DNA of 64,000 bases, from IMG/VR virus record IMGVR_UViG_3300031823_000001, positions 1-64,000 of that record; one strand, 5' to 3'. The notes beneath the pieces were generated by a model, which had not been told where the DNA came from, made no database searches, and saw only the letters and a program-made list of their open reading frames with translations. Position 1 is the first letter of the stretch, and every line of letters begins with the position of its first letter. Source of the stretch: a virus. Made by a program: the position numbers and the translations under genes. This document shows, piece by piece, positions 53,133-61,487 of this stretch.

Positions 53133-53390
53133 CTACTCCCGCCTCTCTGCGGGGTGCTTTTCCCCGGTCACGTGGCGGTACAGGTCGGCGGCGATCTTCC
53201 GCGCCGCCTCGGCGTCCGCCTGGGCTTTCCGGGCGGCTTCGCTGTTCTCCCGGCGCAGCCAGGCGAGGAAGCGCCGGATCGGCTTCTGGAAGACGAGGGT
53301 GGCTACTACGGTGATGACGAACTCGGCGGGCATCGCGCCGATGTTGGACCCCGCCCAGCGCCAGTACGCATCCCACCACTGCGGCAGCAC
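53133..53390 (-). CDS. Small single-TM protein
   Basis: GGGAGG RBS; TM then helix. Confidence 0.6.
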   Translation of the reverse strand: MLPQWWDAYWRWAGSNIGAMPAEFVITVVATLVFQKPIRRFLAWLRRENSEAARKAQADAEAARKIAADLYRHVTGEKHPAERRE

Positions 53391-53414
53391 GGCAGCCCTC
53401 CCTCGGTCTCATGT

Positions 53415-53423
53415 CTTCCGGGG
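53415..53423 (-). promoter_or_regulatory. Candidate late promoter element CCCCGGAAG
   Basis: Minus strand, upstream of 53390 and 53129 genes. Confidence 0.55.
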
Positions 53424-53550
53424 AAAGCCGGAGCCCGCCTGCTCGGTGTAGCGAGGGGTGGCAGGCGGGCTCCGCGAGGGCCGTAAGGCGGGGAAGACCC
53501 TCGTCCGGCGAGGGGACGGGGACTCCGCGCTCGCCAGGTGCCAGGCTATA

Positions 53551-53787
53551 TCAGGCGCCCGGAGAAAGGGCGTTACTTGTCGTAACGTTGTCGAGGCTGG
53601 AAGTAATGGCGGTATTGCACCAGGTGATGCCGTTCCACCACCACGGCTGCGGGGCGGCGCCCGGCATGAGGTACTGGGGACCTACCTGAACGGCGGCATG
53701 GCTGACGATGATCCGCTCCAGGGACGCTAGCTGCTCGCGCAGCAGCCGCACCTCGGTCTCAAGCTCCGCCTCGCGCTTAGCAGTCAT
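53551..53787 (-). CDS. Small coiled-coil protein
   Basis: KREAELETEVRLLREQLASLE. Confidence 0.5.
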   Translation of the reverse strand: MTAKREAELETEVRLLREQLASLERIIVSHAAVQVGPQYLMPGAAPQPWWWNGITWCNTAITSSLDNVTTSNALSPGA

Positions 53788-54008
53788 GCACCTTCCGGGG
53801 CGAAGACCTCGGACAGGGCCTCAGCGGAGATGGTGAAGTGCGAGGTTGTCACCACGCTCGGCCCGGCCAGGGTCGATGACCCGTGTACCGTCCCGGGCTG
53901 CCGTCCCGCCCGGCAGGTATCGCACAGCAGGTCCTCCTGGGTGATCGGCGCCGGGCACGGGCGATCGGGGACAGCTTCGCACTGGCAGGCGGCAGGCACC
54001 GGAGTCAT
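53784..54008 (-). CDS. Small Cys4 protein (QEDxLC paralog)
   Basis: CQC...C...TQEDLLCDTCR. Confidence 0.55.
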   Translation of the reverse strand: MTPVPAACQCEAVPDRPCPAPITQEDLLCDTCRAGRQPGTVHGSSTLAGPSVVTTSHFTISAEALSEVFAPEGA

Positions 54009-54358
54009 CCCGGAGGGTCCGCGCGCTTGAAGACCAGGCTCCCTTGCTCGGTGAGGGTAAGGCGCCACCGGCCTGCGGCCATGCTCCTCTCGGACTCCTG
54101 GACCGCCGTCATCTTCCGGCCCATCTCGCAGGCGAACAGGTCGCCGCCAAGCCGCTCGCGCAGCGGGTGCTTCAGCGTCCACCCGTCGTCGGTGATCTCG
54201 GCGACGTGCTCAGTCTCCTGGTCGGAGAGGATGTGAGTGACGGCCCCGGGATTCGGGCACTCCGGGTCTAGGCATTTGATCATCCCGCCGGACATCACGT
54301 GCAGGTGCGGGCCGCAGCCCATCGGGCAGTAGCCGACGACATCGCGGATCGGTGGCAT
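54005..54358 (-). CDS. Actinophage Zn-binding hypothetical protein
   Basis: GYCPMGCG...C...CPNP.AV..IL.D.ETEH...WTLKHPLRERL...LF.C. Confidence 0.65.
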   Translation of the reverse strand: MPPIRDVVGYCPMGCGPHLHVMSGGMIKCLDPECPNPGAVTHILSDQETEHVAEITDDGWTLKHPLRERLGGDLFACEMGRKMTAVQESERSMAAGRWRLTLTEQGSLVFKRADPPG

Positions 54359-54366
54359 GACGGTAA

Positions 54367-54582
54367 TTATCCGCCATTCCCTCGCGAGGGGAGGAGCAAC
54401 GAGTTGACCGCCCCGAAGTGGTAAGAGCCTGACTCTGGCAACGTGACGGCGAGACAGCAGGCCCAGGGCGCGTGTGCGACTTCCCGGCAGATGTCGCATA
54501 GGAAGTCCTCCTGGGTAGCTGGCGCACCGCACGCGGCTGCCAGGTTCTTCTGGCACTGGCAGGTGACCAGGGCGTGGCTCAC
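54367..54582 (-). CDS. Small Cys4 protein (QEDxLC paralog)
   Basis: CQC...C...TQEDFLCDICR. Confidence 0.55.
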   Translation of the reverse strand: MSHALVTCQCQKNLAAACGAPATQEDFLCDICREVAHAPWACCLAVTLPESGSYHFGAVNSLLLPSRGNGG

Positions 54583-54779
54583 CAGAACTCACCCGCTAGC
54601 AGCCGCGCGATCGTCTCGCGGGTCAGTTCCCCGGACTCGCGGTAGATGCGGTCGAGTTCCTTCCGCTGGGACGGCAGCATCGTCGGCAGCGGGAGGATGA
54701 TCGACTCCAGGGTGTAGAGGCTGGCTATGTCGTCGGCCCAGTCGTCCGGGTCGCTTAGTACGGGATCGGCGGCTGCCAC
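54579..54779 (-). CDS. Hypothetical protein
   Basis: Coupled ORF. Confidence 0.5.
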   Translation of the reverse strand: MAAADPVLSDPDDWADDIASLYTLESIILPLPTMLPSQRKELDRIYRESGELTRETIARLLAGEFW

Positions 54780-55294
54780 GGAGTCCCCTTGTGATCGTGG
54801 GTCTTGAGCTTGCAGTCGATCGTCTTGCAGCTCCGGGTCCGATCACAGATACGGCAGACTCGCTGGCCGTTCTTCGCGATCCGGGTGGTGCTCCGGGTGA
54901 ACTTGTGGCCCCACCGGCAATTGGTCTTCGATCCGTTGTGATGGCGGCCGTGCCTGACAGTGTCCCTCTTGTTCGCGGAGTAAGTCTTCCAGAAGAGGTT
55001 CTCCAGGCGGCAGTTCTCCTTGTTGCCGTCGTCGTGCGCTCCCTCGCAGCCGCGAGGGCACTTGCCGCGAAAGGCAGTCAGCACCAGTACGTGGACCCGG
55101 TGGTGGGTGTGCTTTCCCTCCTTGGAGAGGGTGACCATCAGATAGCCGTTGGGGTCCCGGCGCGGGCGGATGATGCGCCCTCTGGTGGTGGCACGGGGAA
55201 GACTGTGCACGCGTCCGTCGTCGGACACCAGGTAGAGCCCTTCGAAGTCCGGAACCGGAGCCCACTTGCCCTCAGGTAGCTGAAGATCAGTCAT
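54755..55294 (-). CDS. NUMOD4-HNH homing endonuclease
   Basis: W.PVPDFEGLYLVSDDGRV.S (NUMOD4); HRVH.LV..AF...H.DGNK.N.RLENL.W.T...N. Confidence 0.9.
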   Translation of the reverse strand: MTDLQLPEGKWAPVPDFEGLYLVSDDGRVHSLPRATTRGRIIRPRRDPNGYLMVTLSKEGKHTHHRVHVLVLTAFRGKCPRGCEGAHDDGNKENCRLENLFWKTYSANKRDTVRHGRHHNGSKTNCRWGHKFTRSTTRIAKNGQRVCRICDRTRSCKTIDCKLKTHDHKGTPWQPPIPY

Positions 55295-55336
55295 GCACCA
55301 ATGCTACATCGGATATCCGAAACGGACAAACCAGGA

Positions 55337-56233
55337 TCAATACCATCTCGCCCACATACGAGGCCTGGCAGCCACAGACCCTGCGATCCTGGTAGGGGCG
55401 TATCTGCCATAGCTCCCTCCGGATACGAGAACCTTCGGGCTGCCTGTCATTATATGGCGGATCTTGAATACGTCCAGCAGGCCCTTCAGCTCGGCCATCT
55501 CGTCGCCGAGAGCCGCCCGCCAGCGGTCGGCGTAGTCCCGGCGGTCCATCCGGGCGACCGGCGGTCCTGAGAACGCCGGCTGCTCGGTGTAGGAGCGGAT
55601 GAGCTGCTTGACGCACTCCACGTAGGCGTAGGAGGCCAGGAGGCCGCCCCAGAACTGGATCGGGTACTGCGGGCCGCCGTTGCCGTCCAGGGTGTAACTG
55701 CTCCACGGCTGGGCGACCGCGTTGATCTTCTGGAGGGCGATGCCCATCATCTGCGCCGCCCGGCCCCGCGACCAGTGCGCCTGGAAGTACTCCTGGGCGT
55801 TCGGTCCGCCCCCGGCCGAGTCGAAGAGGTCGGAAAACCGCACCCACACCTGGTCGTTGAGGAAATCCTGCATCTCCGGCGGCAGCACGTCGTAGGACGG
55901 GTTGGCCGGGCCGATCTCCAGGTAGGAGGCGTACTGCTGCCCGGCGCCGGAAACGGCGTAAGCCCAGTCCAGCTCCGCGTACCCCGGCGTCTGGGTGTCG
56001 GCACTGGACGGGGTGATCACGTAGGTGCCCGTCGCCTCGTGCGCCGCCGTGTACGTGTTGACCAGGGCCTCGCTGCCGTCCGGGTTCTGCATCAGCAGCC
56101 GCCCGGTCACCGAGGAGCCGTCCGGATCGGCGAGAACCCCGCCGATGTAAATCGCGAAGGTGAGCGGCGGCTGGGCGAACTGGGACAGGTAAGTGCGCTC
56201 CCGCCAGTCGATCAGCCCCGGGTCCACGGTCAC
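55337..56233 (-). CDS. Neck/head-tail adaptor-like virion protein
   Basis: WVRFSDLFDS..GGP...E..KQLIRSYTEQP...RMDRRDY..RW; recalled Cluster C-like virion gene; context. Confidence 0.65.
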   Translation of the reverse strand: MTVDPGLIDWRERTYLSQFAQPPLTFAIYIGGVLADPDGSSVTGRLLMQNPDGSEALVNTYTAAHEATGTYVITPSSADTQTPGYAELDWAYAVSGAGQQYASYLEIGPANPSYDVLPPEMQDFLNDQVWVRFSDLFDSAGGGPNAQEYFQAHWSRGRAAQMMGIALQKINAVAQPWSSYTLDGNGGPQYPIQFWGGLLASYAYVECVKQLIRSYTEQPAFSGPPVARMDRRDYADRWRAALGDEMAELKGLLDVFKIRHIMTGSPKVLVSGGSYGRYAPTRIAGSVAARPRMWARWY

Positions 56234-56243
56234 GGCAGGCTCC

Positions 56244-56906
56244 CTAAAGGACGTTGCCGGAGGCGAAAGTGGAGATCAGCGCGATGATCTTCACTCCCTG
56301 GAGGTTGACTGTGCTGAAGTAGATGTGGCTGAGCTGCGTCTTGATCCCGATCTGGTGCTGGCCGGCCGCCACCGACGGGATCATCGCCAGGGAGGTGGCG
56401 CTGGACGCCACCGTGCCGCCGGAGTTGTACGGGTCGCCCGCGCACCGCACCTGCTCGGAGAAACCGCCCATGTTCGAGGGGGTGCCGTCGAACGTGACGG
56501 TCTGCGTCACCACCTGCCAGGCGTCCGACCCGTAGGTGTAGTTGGCGGTCGCGATGATCGCCAGGGCGCTGGGCCGGGGCGTAGTGAAGGTGAGCAGCCC
56601 GAAGCTGCTCGTCGAGCCCGGGTTCAGCCCCGCGTTCAGGTTGAAACCGCCTGCGAACACCGGGGCCGCGTCCCGCAGGTCCGTCCACCCGGTCGAGTTG
56701 TTCCAGTAGGAGAGCTGCTTCAGGTCGCTCATGAAGATGAGGCGGCCGTTCTGATTCGCTCCCCAGCTAGGGCGGGTGGTGGACGTGCAGATGTAGGTCC
56801 CCGGCGAGGCATCCAGGATCTCGTAGTTCGCGGTGAAGTCCGAGAGCTGGAACTGGTCGGACTCGTCGTTGAGCTTCAGCCCCAGGACCGTGCTGTAAGT
56901 GGCGAT
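56244..56906 (-). CDS. Minor virion/fibre protein, apparent ATC start
   Basis: Frame extends upstream of the listed ATG 56732 to GGAGG-N5-ATC GCC ACT TAC (ATYSTVLGLKLNDESD...ICTSTTRP). Confidence 0.65.
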   Translation of the reverse strand: MATYSTVLGLKLNDESDQFQLSDFTANYEILDASPGTYICTSTTRPSWGANQNGRLIFMSDLKQLSYWNNSTGWTDLRDAAPVFAGGFNLNAGLNPGSTSSFGLLTFTTPRPSALAIIATANYTYGSDAWQVVTQTVTFDGTPSNMGGFSEQVRCAGDPYNSGGTVASSATSLAMIPSVAAGQHQIGIKTQLSHIYFSTVNLQGVKIIALISTFASGNVL

Positions 56907-56907
56907 G

Positions 56908-59250
56908 TCAGCCTCCCAGGCCAGTGCCGCTCTTGATGGCCCCGCTGGGGAGGTAGATCGGGTTGACCGTGTTGGCCGGGTCGAGCGCCCCGGTGCCGAC
57001 GTTGATCGAGCCCTCGCTGCCCGGCTGGGCCTCGGCGTAGTTCAGCGGCACCACGTAGGACGACCAGGCGGAGAACGCGCCGAGGCCGAGCTGGTTCCCG
57101 GCCGCCACCCGGAAGGCGTACCCCTGGTTGTAAGGGGTGGTCCCGTCCGGGTGGTAGATCACCGGGGTGTTCTGGATCAGGCCCTGGGTGAAGACCGCCG
57201 ACACCGAGCTGGGGTCCGCCCCGTACCAGTAGTCCACCGTGATCGCGTCGCCCGCCTGGGCGTTCACCGATCCTTCGGCCAGCGCGACCGAGTAGGAGGT
57301 CCACGGGCCGGCGCCGGTCACCGTGACGGTGTAGTCGTAGCCGTACTCCAGCACCTGGCCGTCCGCCTGGAGCGGGTCTGCCTCGCCGCCCGCGATCTCC
57401 CCGGAGGTGAGGATCGACTCGGCCGAGGAGGTGACGTCCCGGACAATGAGCTGGGTCGGCGGGGTGAGGATGCCCGTCTTGGTCAGGTTCGTACCGGAGG
57501 TGTCCGCCGTCGGGGCCAGTGCACCGGAACTGGTCGGCGGCGCGGTCAGCGTCAGGCTCGTGCCGATCGCCGTCGGCGACCCGGCCGTCTGCTGGCGGGT
57601 GAAGGTGCTGCCGCCCGCCTGGGTGACGTAGGCGTACCAGCCGGTGGCGCTGGTCTTCGCCGGCGGAGACGGGACGGTGATCGTCGAGGTGGACCCCGTG
57701 GTGGTCACCGTGCCCATCGCCGAGGCGACGCTCTCGCCGTTGGCGTTGACGTAGGTGACCTTCACCCCGTAGGTGCCGGCGAGGACCGTGCCGGTGGTCG
57801 CCGCCGTGGTCGGAGCAGGGGTCGAGGGCGCGCCCAGTGCTGCGGCCAGCAGCACGAGGGTGTCGGACTGGAAGGTCGGCTGCCCGGCGGTGCCGCCGCC
57901 GGCCGGGGCGTCCTGCCCGTAGTTCACCGGCTGGCCGGTGTAGGGGACGTACATCGTGCCGAGGGTGGTGGACTGGAGCAGGTAGTACTGGACGTAGACC
58001 GTCCCCGAGGGAGCCGCCCAGGTGATCTTCGCACCCCGGTTGACGGCCGTGACCTGGGAGATGCTCGGCGTGCCCGGCACCGACACGGGCGGGTTGGAGT
58101 CCCAGTAGGTGGCGTCCCCGTAGCTGTAGCTGACGGCGACGTTGTTCCCGGCGGTGAAGTTCGTGCCGGCGGTGAACTCGATGTACGCCGCCGTGGTGGG
58201 GCCGGCGCCTGCCGTGGTGACGGTGTAGTCGGTGGCCGCCACCAGCGGGGTCGAGGTGGAGGTGTCCTCCACCGTGACCGAGGACGGCACCACGCCGGCC
58301 TGGCTGAAGTAGTAGGGGGTGGAGACCGCCGCCGCGCTGAACGTGTCGGTCTGCGACGCCAGCGCCGTCGGGGCGGCGGGCGAGCCGATGTAGCTGGTGT
58401 CGATCTGGGTGGCCGCGTACGAGGCATCGACCAGCACCGGGGTGTCGTTCACCTGGTTGCCCAGGATGTCGGTCAGGGTCGTGTCTTTGCTGGACGCGGC
58501 GACCCCGGCCGACGGGGAACGGTACCCGGGCGGGCTGGAGTACATCGACGGCACGAGGTCGGAGCCGCCCGAGACGGTGGTGTCCAGGGTACCGGACAGG
58601 TAGTTGGTGCTCGGGGTGAAGCTCTCCGGGAGGTCGCCGCCGTAGACGCCCTCGGTGTCCGGGGAGCCGGCGCCGGTCCAGCCGAAGGTGCCGGGCTCGG
58701 TCTCGGCGACCTTGTACTCCGAGCCGGGCGAGCCGGTCTCCGAGCTGGACTGGGTGCCGGCCGCCGGGTCGGTGAGGGAGCCGCCCGCCGCCTGGTCGCC
58801 GATTCCCGCCACGGTCGAGCCGGTGGTGGGATCGACGGACGCCTTGAAAGCGGTTCCCGTCGGGGCCGCGCCGGGCTCGCCTTCGAAGTCGCCCGCGTTG
58901 TAGGACGTGTCCGGGACGGTGCCGTAGCGGTAGGTGACCTGGGCGGTGTCGCCGTTCGCCGAGGCGGAGGACGAGGACATGCGGGTGACGGTCCAGGAGA
59001 CCGTCTCCGGCCGCGTCCCGGTCATCGCCAGGGTGTAGTCGGTCCCTTCCACCAGGGCGGCGGAGGCAGTGACGTCGTACACCGTGATGACGTCGGCTGT
59101 CGGCGCCGCCCCGGCGGTCTCAAGGGCCGGGTAGGAGACGACGTACTGCTTCGACAGGGCGGCCGGGGTCCCGGACTCCAGCGTGATGGTGTCGGTCTGC
59201 TCGGCCACCCCGACCAGGGGCACGCCGTAGAAGTCGGCGGGGGTTGTCAT
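56908..59250 (-). CDS. Large Thr/Ala/Gly-rich virion protein with fibronectin type III-like modules
   Basis: PGTP.I..VTAVNRGAKITWAAP...YY; YAFRVAAGN..G.G.FS.WS; repeated LV.GTDYT. Confidence 0.7.
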   Translation of the reverse strand: MTTPADFYGVPLVGVAEQTDTITLESGTPAALSKQYVVSYPALETAGAAPTADVITVYDVTASAALVEGTDYTLAMTGTRPETVSWTVTRMSSSSASANGDTAQVTYRYGTVPDTSYNAGDFEGEPGAAPTGTAFKASVDPTTGSTVAGIGDQAAGGSLTDPAAGTQSSSETGSPGSEYKVAETEPGTFGWTGAGSPDTEGVYGGDLPESFTPSTNYLSGTLDTTVSGGSDLVPSMYSSPPGYRSPSAGVAASSKDTTLTDILGNQVNDTPVLVDASYAATQIDTSYIGSPAAPTALASQTDTFSAAAVSTPYYFSQAGVVPSSVTVEDTSTSTPLVAATDYTVTTAGAGPTTAAYIEFTAGTNFTAGNNVAVSYSYGDATYWDSNPPVSVPGTPSISQVTAVNRGAKITWAAPSGTVYVQYYLLQSTTLGTMYVPYTGQPVNYGQDAPAGGGTAGQPTFQSDTLVLLAAALGAPSTPAPTTAATTGTVLAGTYGVKVTYVNANGESVASAMGTVTTTGSTSTITVPSPPAKTSATGWYAYVTQAGGSTFTRQQTAGSPTAIGTSLTLTAPPTSSGALAPTADTSGTNLTKTGILTPPTQLIVRDVTSSAESILTSGEIAGGEADPLQADGQVLEYGYDYTVTVTGAGPWTSYSVALAEGSVNAQAGDAITVDYWYGADPSSVSAVFTQGLIQNTPVIYHPDGTTPYNQGYAFRVAAGNQLGLGAFSAWSSYVVPLNYAEAQPGSEGSINVGTGALDPANTVNPIYLPSGAIKSGTGLGG

Positions 59251-59672
59251 CCGGCGCTCCGGTCAGTGGTCTCGTCAACGACGGTCATGGGACCGATCCC
59301 CGAGGCGTGGTTCTGCCACGGCGCGGTGTGATCGCGCCAGCGGACCGCCCCGCTCCCCGGGTCAAGCTCCAGTCCTGCCTCTTCCAGGGCCCGGCGGGCG
59401 CGCTCGGCGGCGTCGGTGACCCGCTGCCGGTCGCCGTCCGGGTCCCCCCGGTTGACGGTCAGCCCCGGGCTCGTCTGCACGACGTTCGGGGAGACAGCCT
59501 CGTCGTCCGGGTCCATCGCGCGCAGCGCCCACGCCAGGTCCGAGGCACGGGCGTAGTCGAACGCAGACGTTACCCCGCGCAGGCTGGTGTGGGGCGCGTC
59601 CGGTCCGGCGGTGTCCGAGGTGTCGTACGTCCCGGTCATCGCCGCGTGGTCAGGGTTGCGCCCCCATGCCAT
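59247..59672 (-). CDS. Putative virion protein
   Basis: MAWGRNPD...; coupled in structural operon. Confidence 0.55.
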   Translation of the reverse strand: MAWGRNPDHAAMTGTYDTSDTAGPDAPHTSLRGVTSAFDYARASDLAWALRAMDPDDEAVSPNVVQTSPGLTVNRGDPDGDRQRVTDAAERARRALEEAGLELDPGSGAVRWRDHTAPWQNHASGIGPMTVVDETTDRSAG

Positions 59673-59673
59673 G

Positions 59674-60228
59674 TCAGAACCGCGTTCCGTCGTAGTCGTA
59701 GTCGCCGTCTTCGAGGACCCAGGGGCCGTCACCGCGCTTGAGGCAGTTGCCGGACAGTCCCTTGTGGCGGTCGCACAGCGGCGGCTTGCCGGTGTCGCCC
59801 TGGCGAACCGGAACCTGCTCGCCGCACACCGCACCGGGACGCGAGCCGGGGCCGATGCAGTTGACCACGGTGATCTCGTTGACGCCCGGGGAGTCGAGGA
59901 CCTCCCGGTCAGCCATCTGCTGGGCCTGCACCCGGCGTGCGAAGGCGTCCGACTGGCGGCTCAGGGCCTGCTGCACGACCGGGTGGTCGGCTCCCTCGAC
60001 GACGACGATGACGCCCCGGGAGAGGGCCCTCTGGAACGCGATGGTGCGGATCAGCGCATCGGGGATCGGCTGGACGTCCTCGCCGTCGGGGTGGCCCTTC
60101 CCCTGGAACACGACCTCGTAGTTCCGCTTGGCGTCGGCCGCGATCACCGTCGGCCCGCTCATCTGGTTCTGGCACATGACGGCCAGCGCGTCGCCTGCCC
60201 CTGGCAGTGCGGTGTCCATGATGGTCAT
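59674..60228 (-). CDS. Conserved virion-region protein
   Basis: QNQMSGPTV...F.GKG.P.GEDVQ.IP...F.RAL.RG; C-terminal CIGP...C...PPLC..H. Confidence 0.65.
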   Translation of the reverse strand: MTIMDTALPGAGDALAVMCQNQMSGPTVIAADAKRNYEVVFQGKGHPDGEDVQPIPDALIRTIAFQRALSRGVIVVVEGADHPVVQQALSRQSDAFARRVQAQQMADREVLDSPGVNEITVVNCIGPGSRPGAVCGEQVPVRQGDTGKPPLCDRHKGLSGNCLKRGDGPWVLEDGDYDYDGTRF

Positions 60229-60256
60229 TGGTTTCCTCCTAACCCTTCCGTGGCCG

Positions 60257-60589
60257 CTAGCCGAGGGCCAGCCAGGAGACCGTCGAGGTCTCGCTGCCGG
60301 AGCTGGAGGAGACAGTGAAGCCGCTTCCCGTGGTCACCGTCGGCACCGACAGGTTCCCGAGGGTCCCGCCGGGGGCCAGCCGCGAGACGATGATCACCGT
60401 GGTGTCGCCCAGGGAGGTCAGCGTGACGTTGACGGTGCCGGCTACCAGGGTGGCGGTCCCGGCGGTGATGCCGGGGATGGCACTGAGCTGGTCCTGCTGC
60501 TGCGTCAGGACATCGGAGATCGCGTTGTGGGCGTCGATGTGCCCGGTCTGCCCGGCAGCGACGGTATCCGGCGGGATCGGTGTGGTCAT
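60257..60589 (-). CDS. Small fibre-like virion protein
   Basis: GQTGHIDAHNAI; GTATLVAGTV...SFTV.S...ETSTV.W. Confidence 0.65.
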   Translation of the reverse strand: MTTPIPPDTVAAGQTGHIDAHNAISDVLTQQQDQLSAIPGITAGTATLVAGTVNVTLTSLGDTTVIIVSRLAPGGTLGNLSVPTVTTGSGFTVSSSSGSETSTVSWLALG

Positions 60590-60605
60590 GGAGGCCTCCT
60601 CCCCG

Positions 60606-60614
60606 CTTCCGGGG
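60606..60614 (-). promoter_or_regulatory. Candidate late promoter element CCCCGGAAG
   Basis: Head of the leftward virion operon. Confidence 0.55.
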
Positions 60615-60669
60615 GAGAACGCCGCGACTCGCCCCCGACACATATCGGAAACAGCCGTACACTCAGCTC

Positions 60670-61026
60670 ATGAAGGAAATGAATCTCAGCAAGACGACCG
60701 TGAAGATCATAGATATCTTCCTGGAGGACCCGCAGGCGCCCCGGTACGGGTTCGAGCTGATGAAGCGCATCCACCGGGGCGCCGGCACGGTGTACCCGAT
60801 CCTCGCGGACCTGACGTCAGCCGGATGGCTGGACCGGAACCGGGAGGACGCCGCAGCCCTGGACAGGCCGCCGCGCATCTACTACACGCTCAGCGCCGGG
60901 GCAGCGGCCTACCTGGCCGCCCGGGTCATAGCGATGGCCGGAGACTCAACAGCGGAACACCAGGCGGCCCGAGCCGGAATCGAACCGGCGCCCTACCGCT
61001 TAGGAGGCGGTCGCTCTCTCCCCTGA
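60670..61026 (+). CDS. PadR-family winged-helix regulator, leaderless
   Basis: RYGFELMK....GTVYPILA.L...GWL...RIYYTLS; TACACT-N6-ATG. Confidence 0.8.
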   Translation: MKEMNLSKTTVKIIDIFLEDPQAPRYGFELMKRIHRGAGTVYPILADLTSAGWLDRNREDAAALDRPPRIYYTLSAGAAAYLAARVIAMAGDSTAEHQAARAGIEPAPYRLGGGRSLP

Positions 61027-61037
61027 GCTACCGGGCC
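60965..61037 (-). tRNA. tRNA-Arg(CCU)
   Basis: Cloverleaf; loop CT-CCT-AA; GGTTCGATTCC. Confidence 0.9.
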
Positions 61038-61186
61038 ATGAGGTAAGCAGTAATCCATGCGAGCACCGAGACGACGGCAGCGAGAACGCACACCAGTTGG
61101 TACCCGTACATGCCCATGACGGCAGACGTAGCGGCGGAAGCCGACCCGGTGAAGACATAGGACACTACCTGCTGGAGCTTGTTCAC
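61028..61186 (-). CDS. Possible small two-TM peptide between tRNAs
   Basis: MNKLQQVVSYVF...YQLVCVLAAVVSVLAWITAYL. Confidence 0.4.
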   Translation of the reverse strand: MNKLQQVVSYVFTGSASAATSAVMGMYGYQLVCVLAAVVSVLAWITAYLMAR

Positions 61187-61200
61187 AGTGCTGATCGTAG

Positions 61201-61272
61201 AGGCGGAACGGGGGATCGAACCCCGGTAATGCGCTTTGCAGGCGCATGCCTGAACCACTCGGCCATACCGCC
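61201..61272 (-). tRNA. tRNA-Cys(GCA)
   Basis: Loop CT-GCA-AA; U73. Confidence 0.9.
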
Positions 61273-61273
61273 G

Positions 61274-61411
61274 TGGGTGCTCCCCCGTCCTATCCGCCAG
61301 GACCGGGGCCCTGGTTTTCCCTTCATCCGGCCATAGCATGTCTGAAAGCTTCGGGGACTGCTCAGGGGGCTGTTGTAACCGGGGTTGGACTACCGGCGAC
61401 CTGGGGTGCAC
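61274..61411 (-). ncRNA. CCA-ended tRNA-like RNA of unknown identity (138 nt)
   Basis: 5' GTGCACCCC pairs with 3' GGGGAGCAC-CCA; T-arm-like GTCCT-GGCGGAT-AGGAC; fills the gap between two tRNAs. Confidence 0.55.
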
Positions 61412-61412
61412 G

Positions 61413-61486
61413 TGCGCCTGGAGGGACTTGAACCCCCGGCCTCGCCCTCCGGAGGGGCGCGCTCTTTCCTGCTGAGCTACGGGCGC
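61413..61486 (-). tRNA. tRNA-Arg(CCG)
   Basis: Loop CT-CCG-GA. Confidence 0.9.
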
Positions 61487-61487
61487 A

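Noticed and set aside
23279-59331. Long antisense or alternate-frame ORFs (e.g. 23279-25495, 33676-35223, 40074-42890, 56899-59331)
   Set aside because: Shadow ORFs expected from high GC3 codon bias, opposite to or overlapping well-supported genes.
61274-61411. tmRNA or tRNA-Sec
   Set aside because: No G3:U70 Ala determinant, too short for tmRNA, and the TCA triplet is not in a proper anticodon stem.
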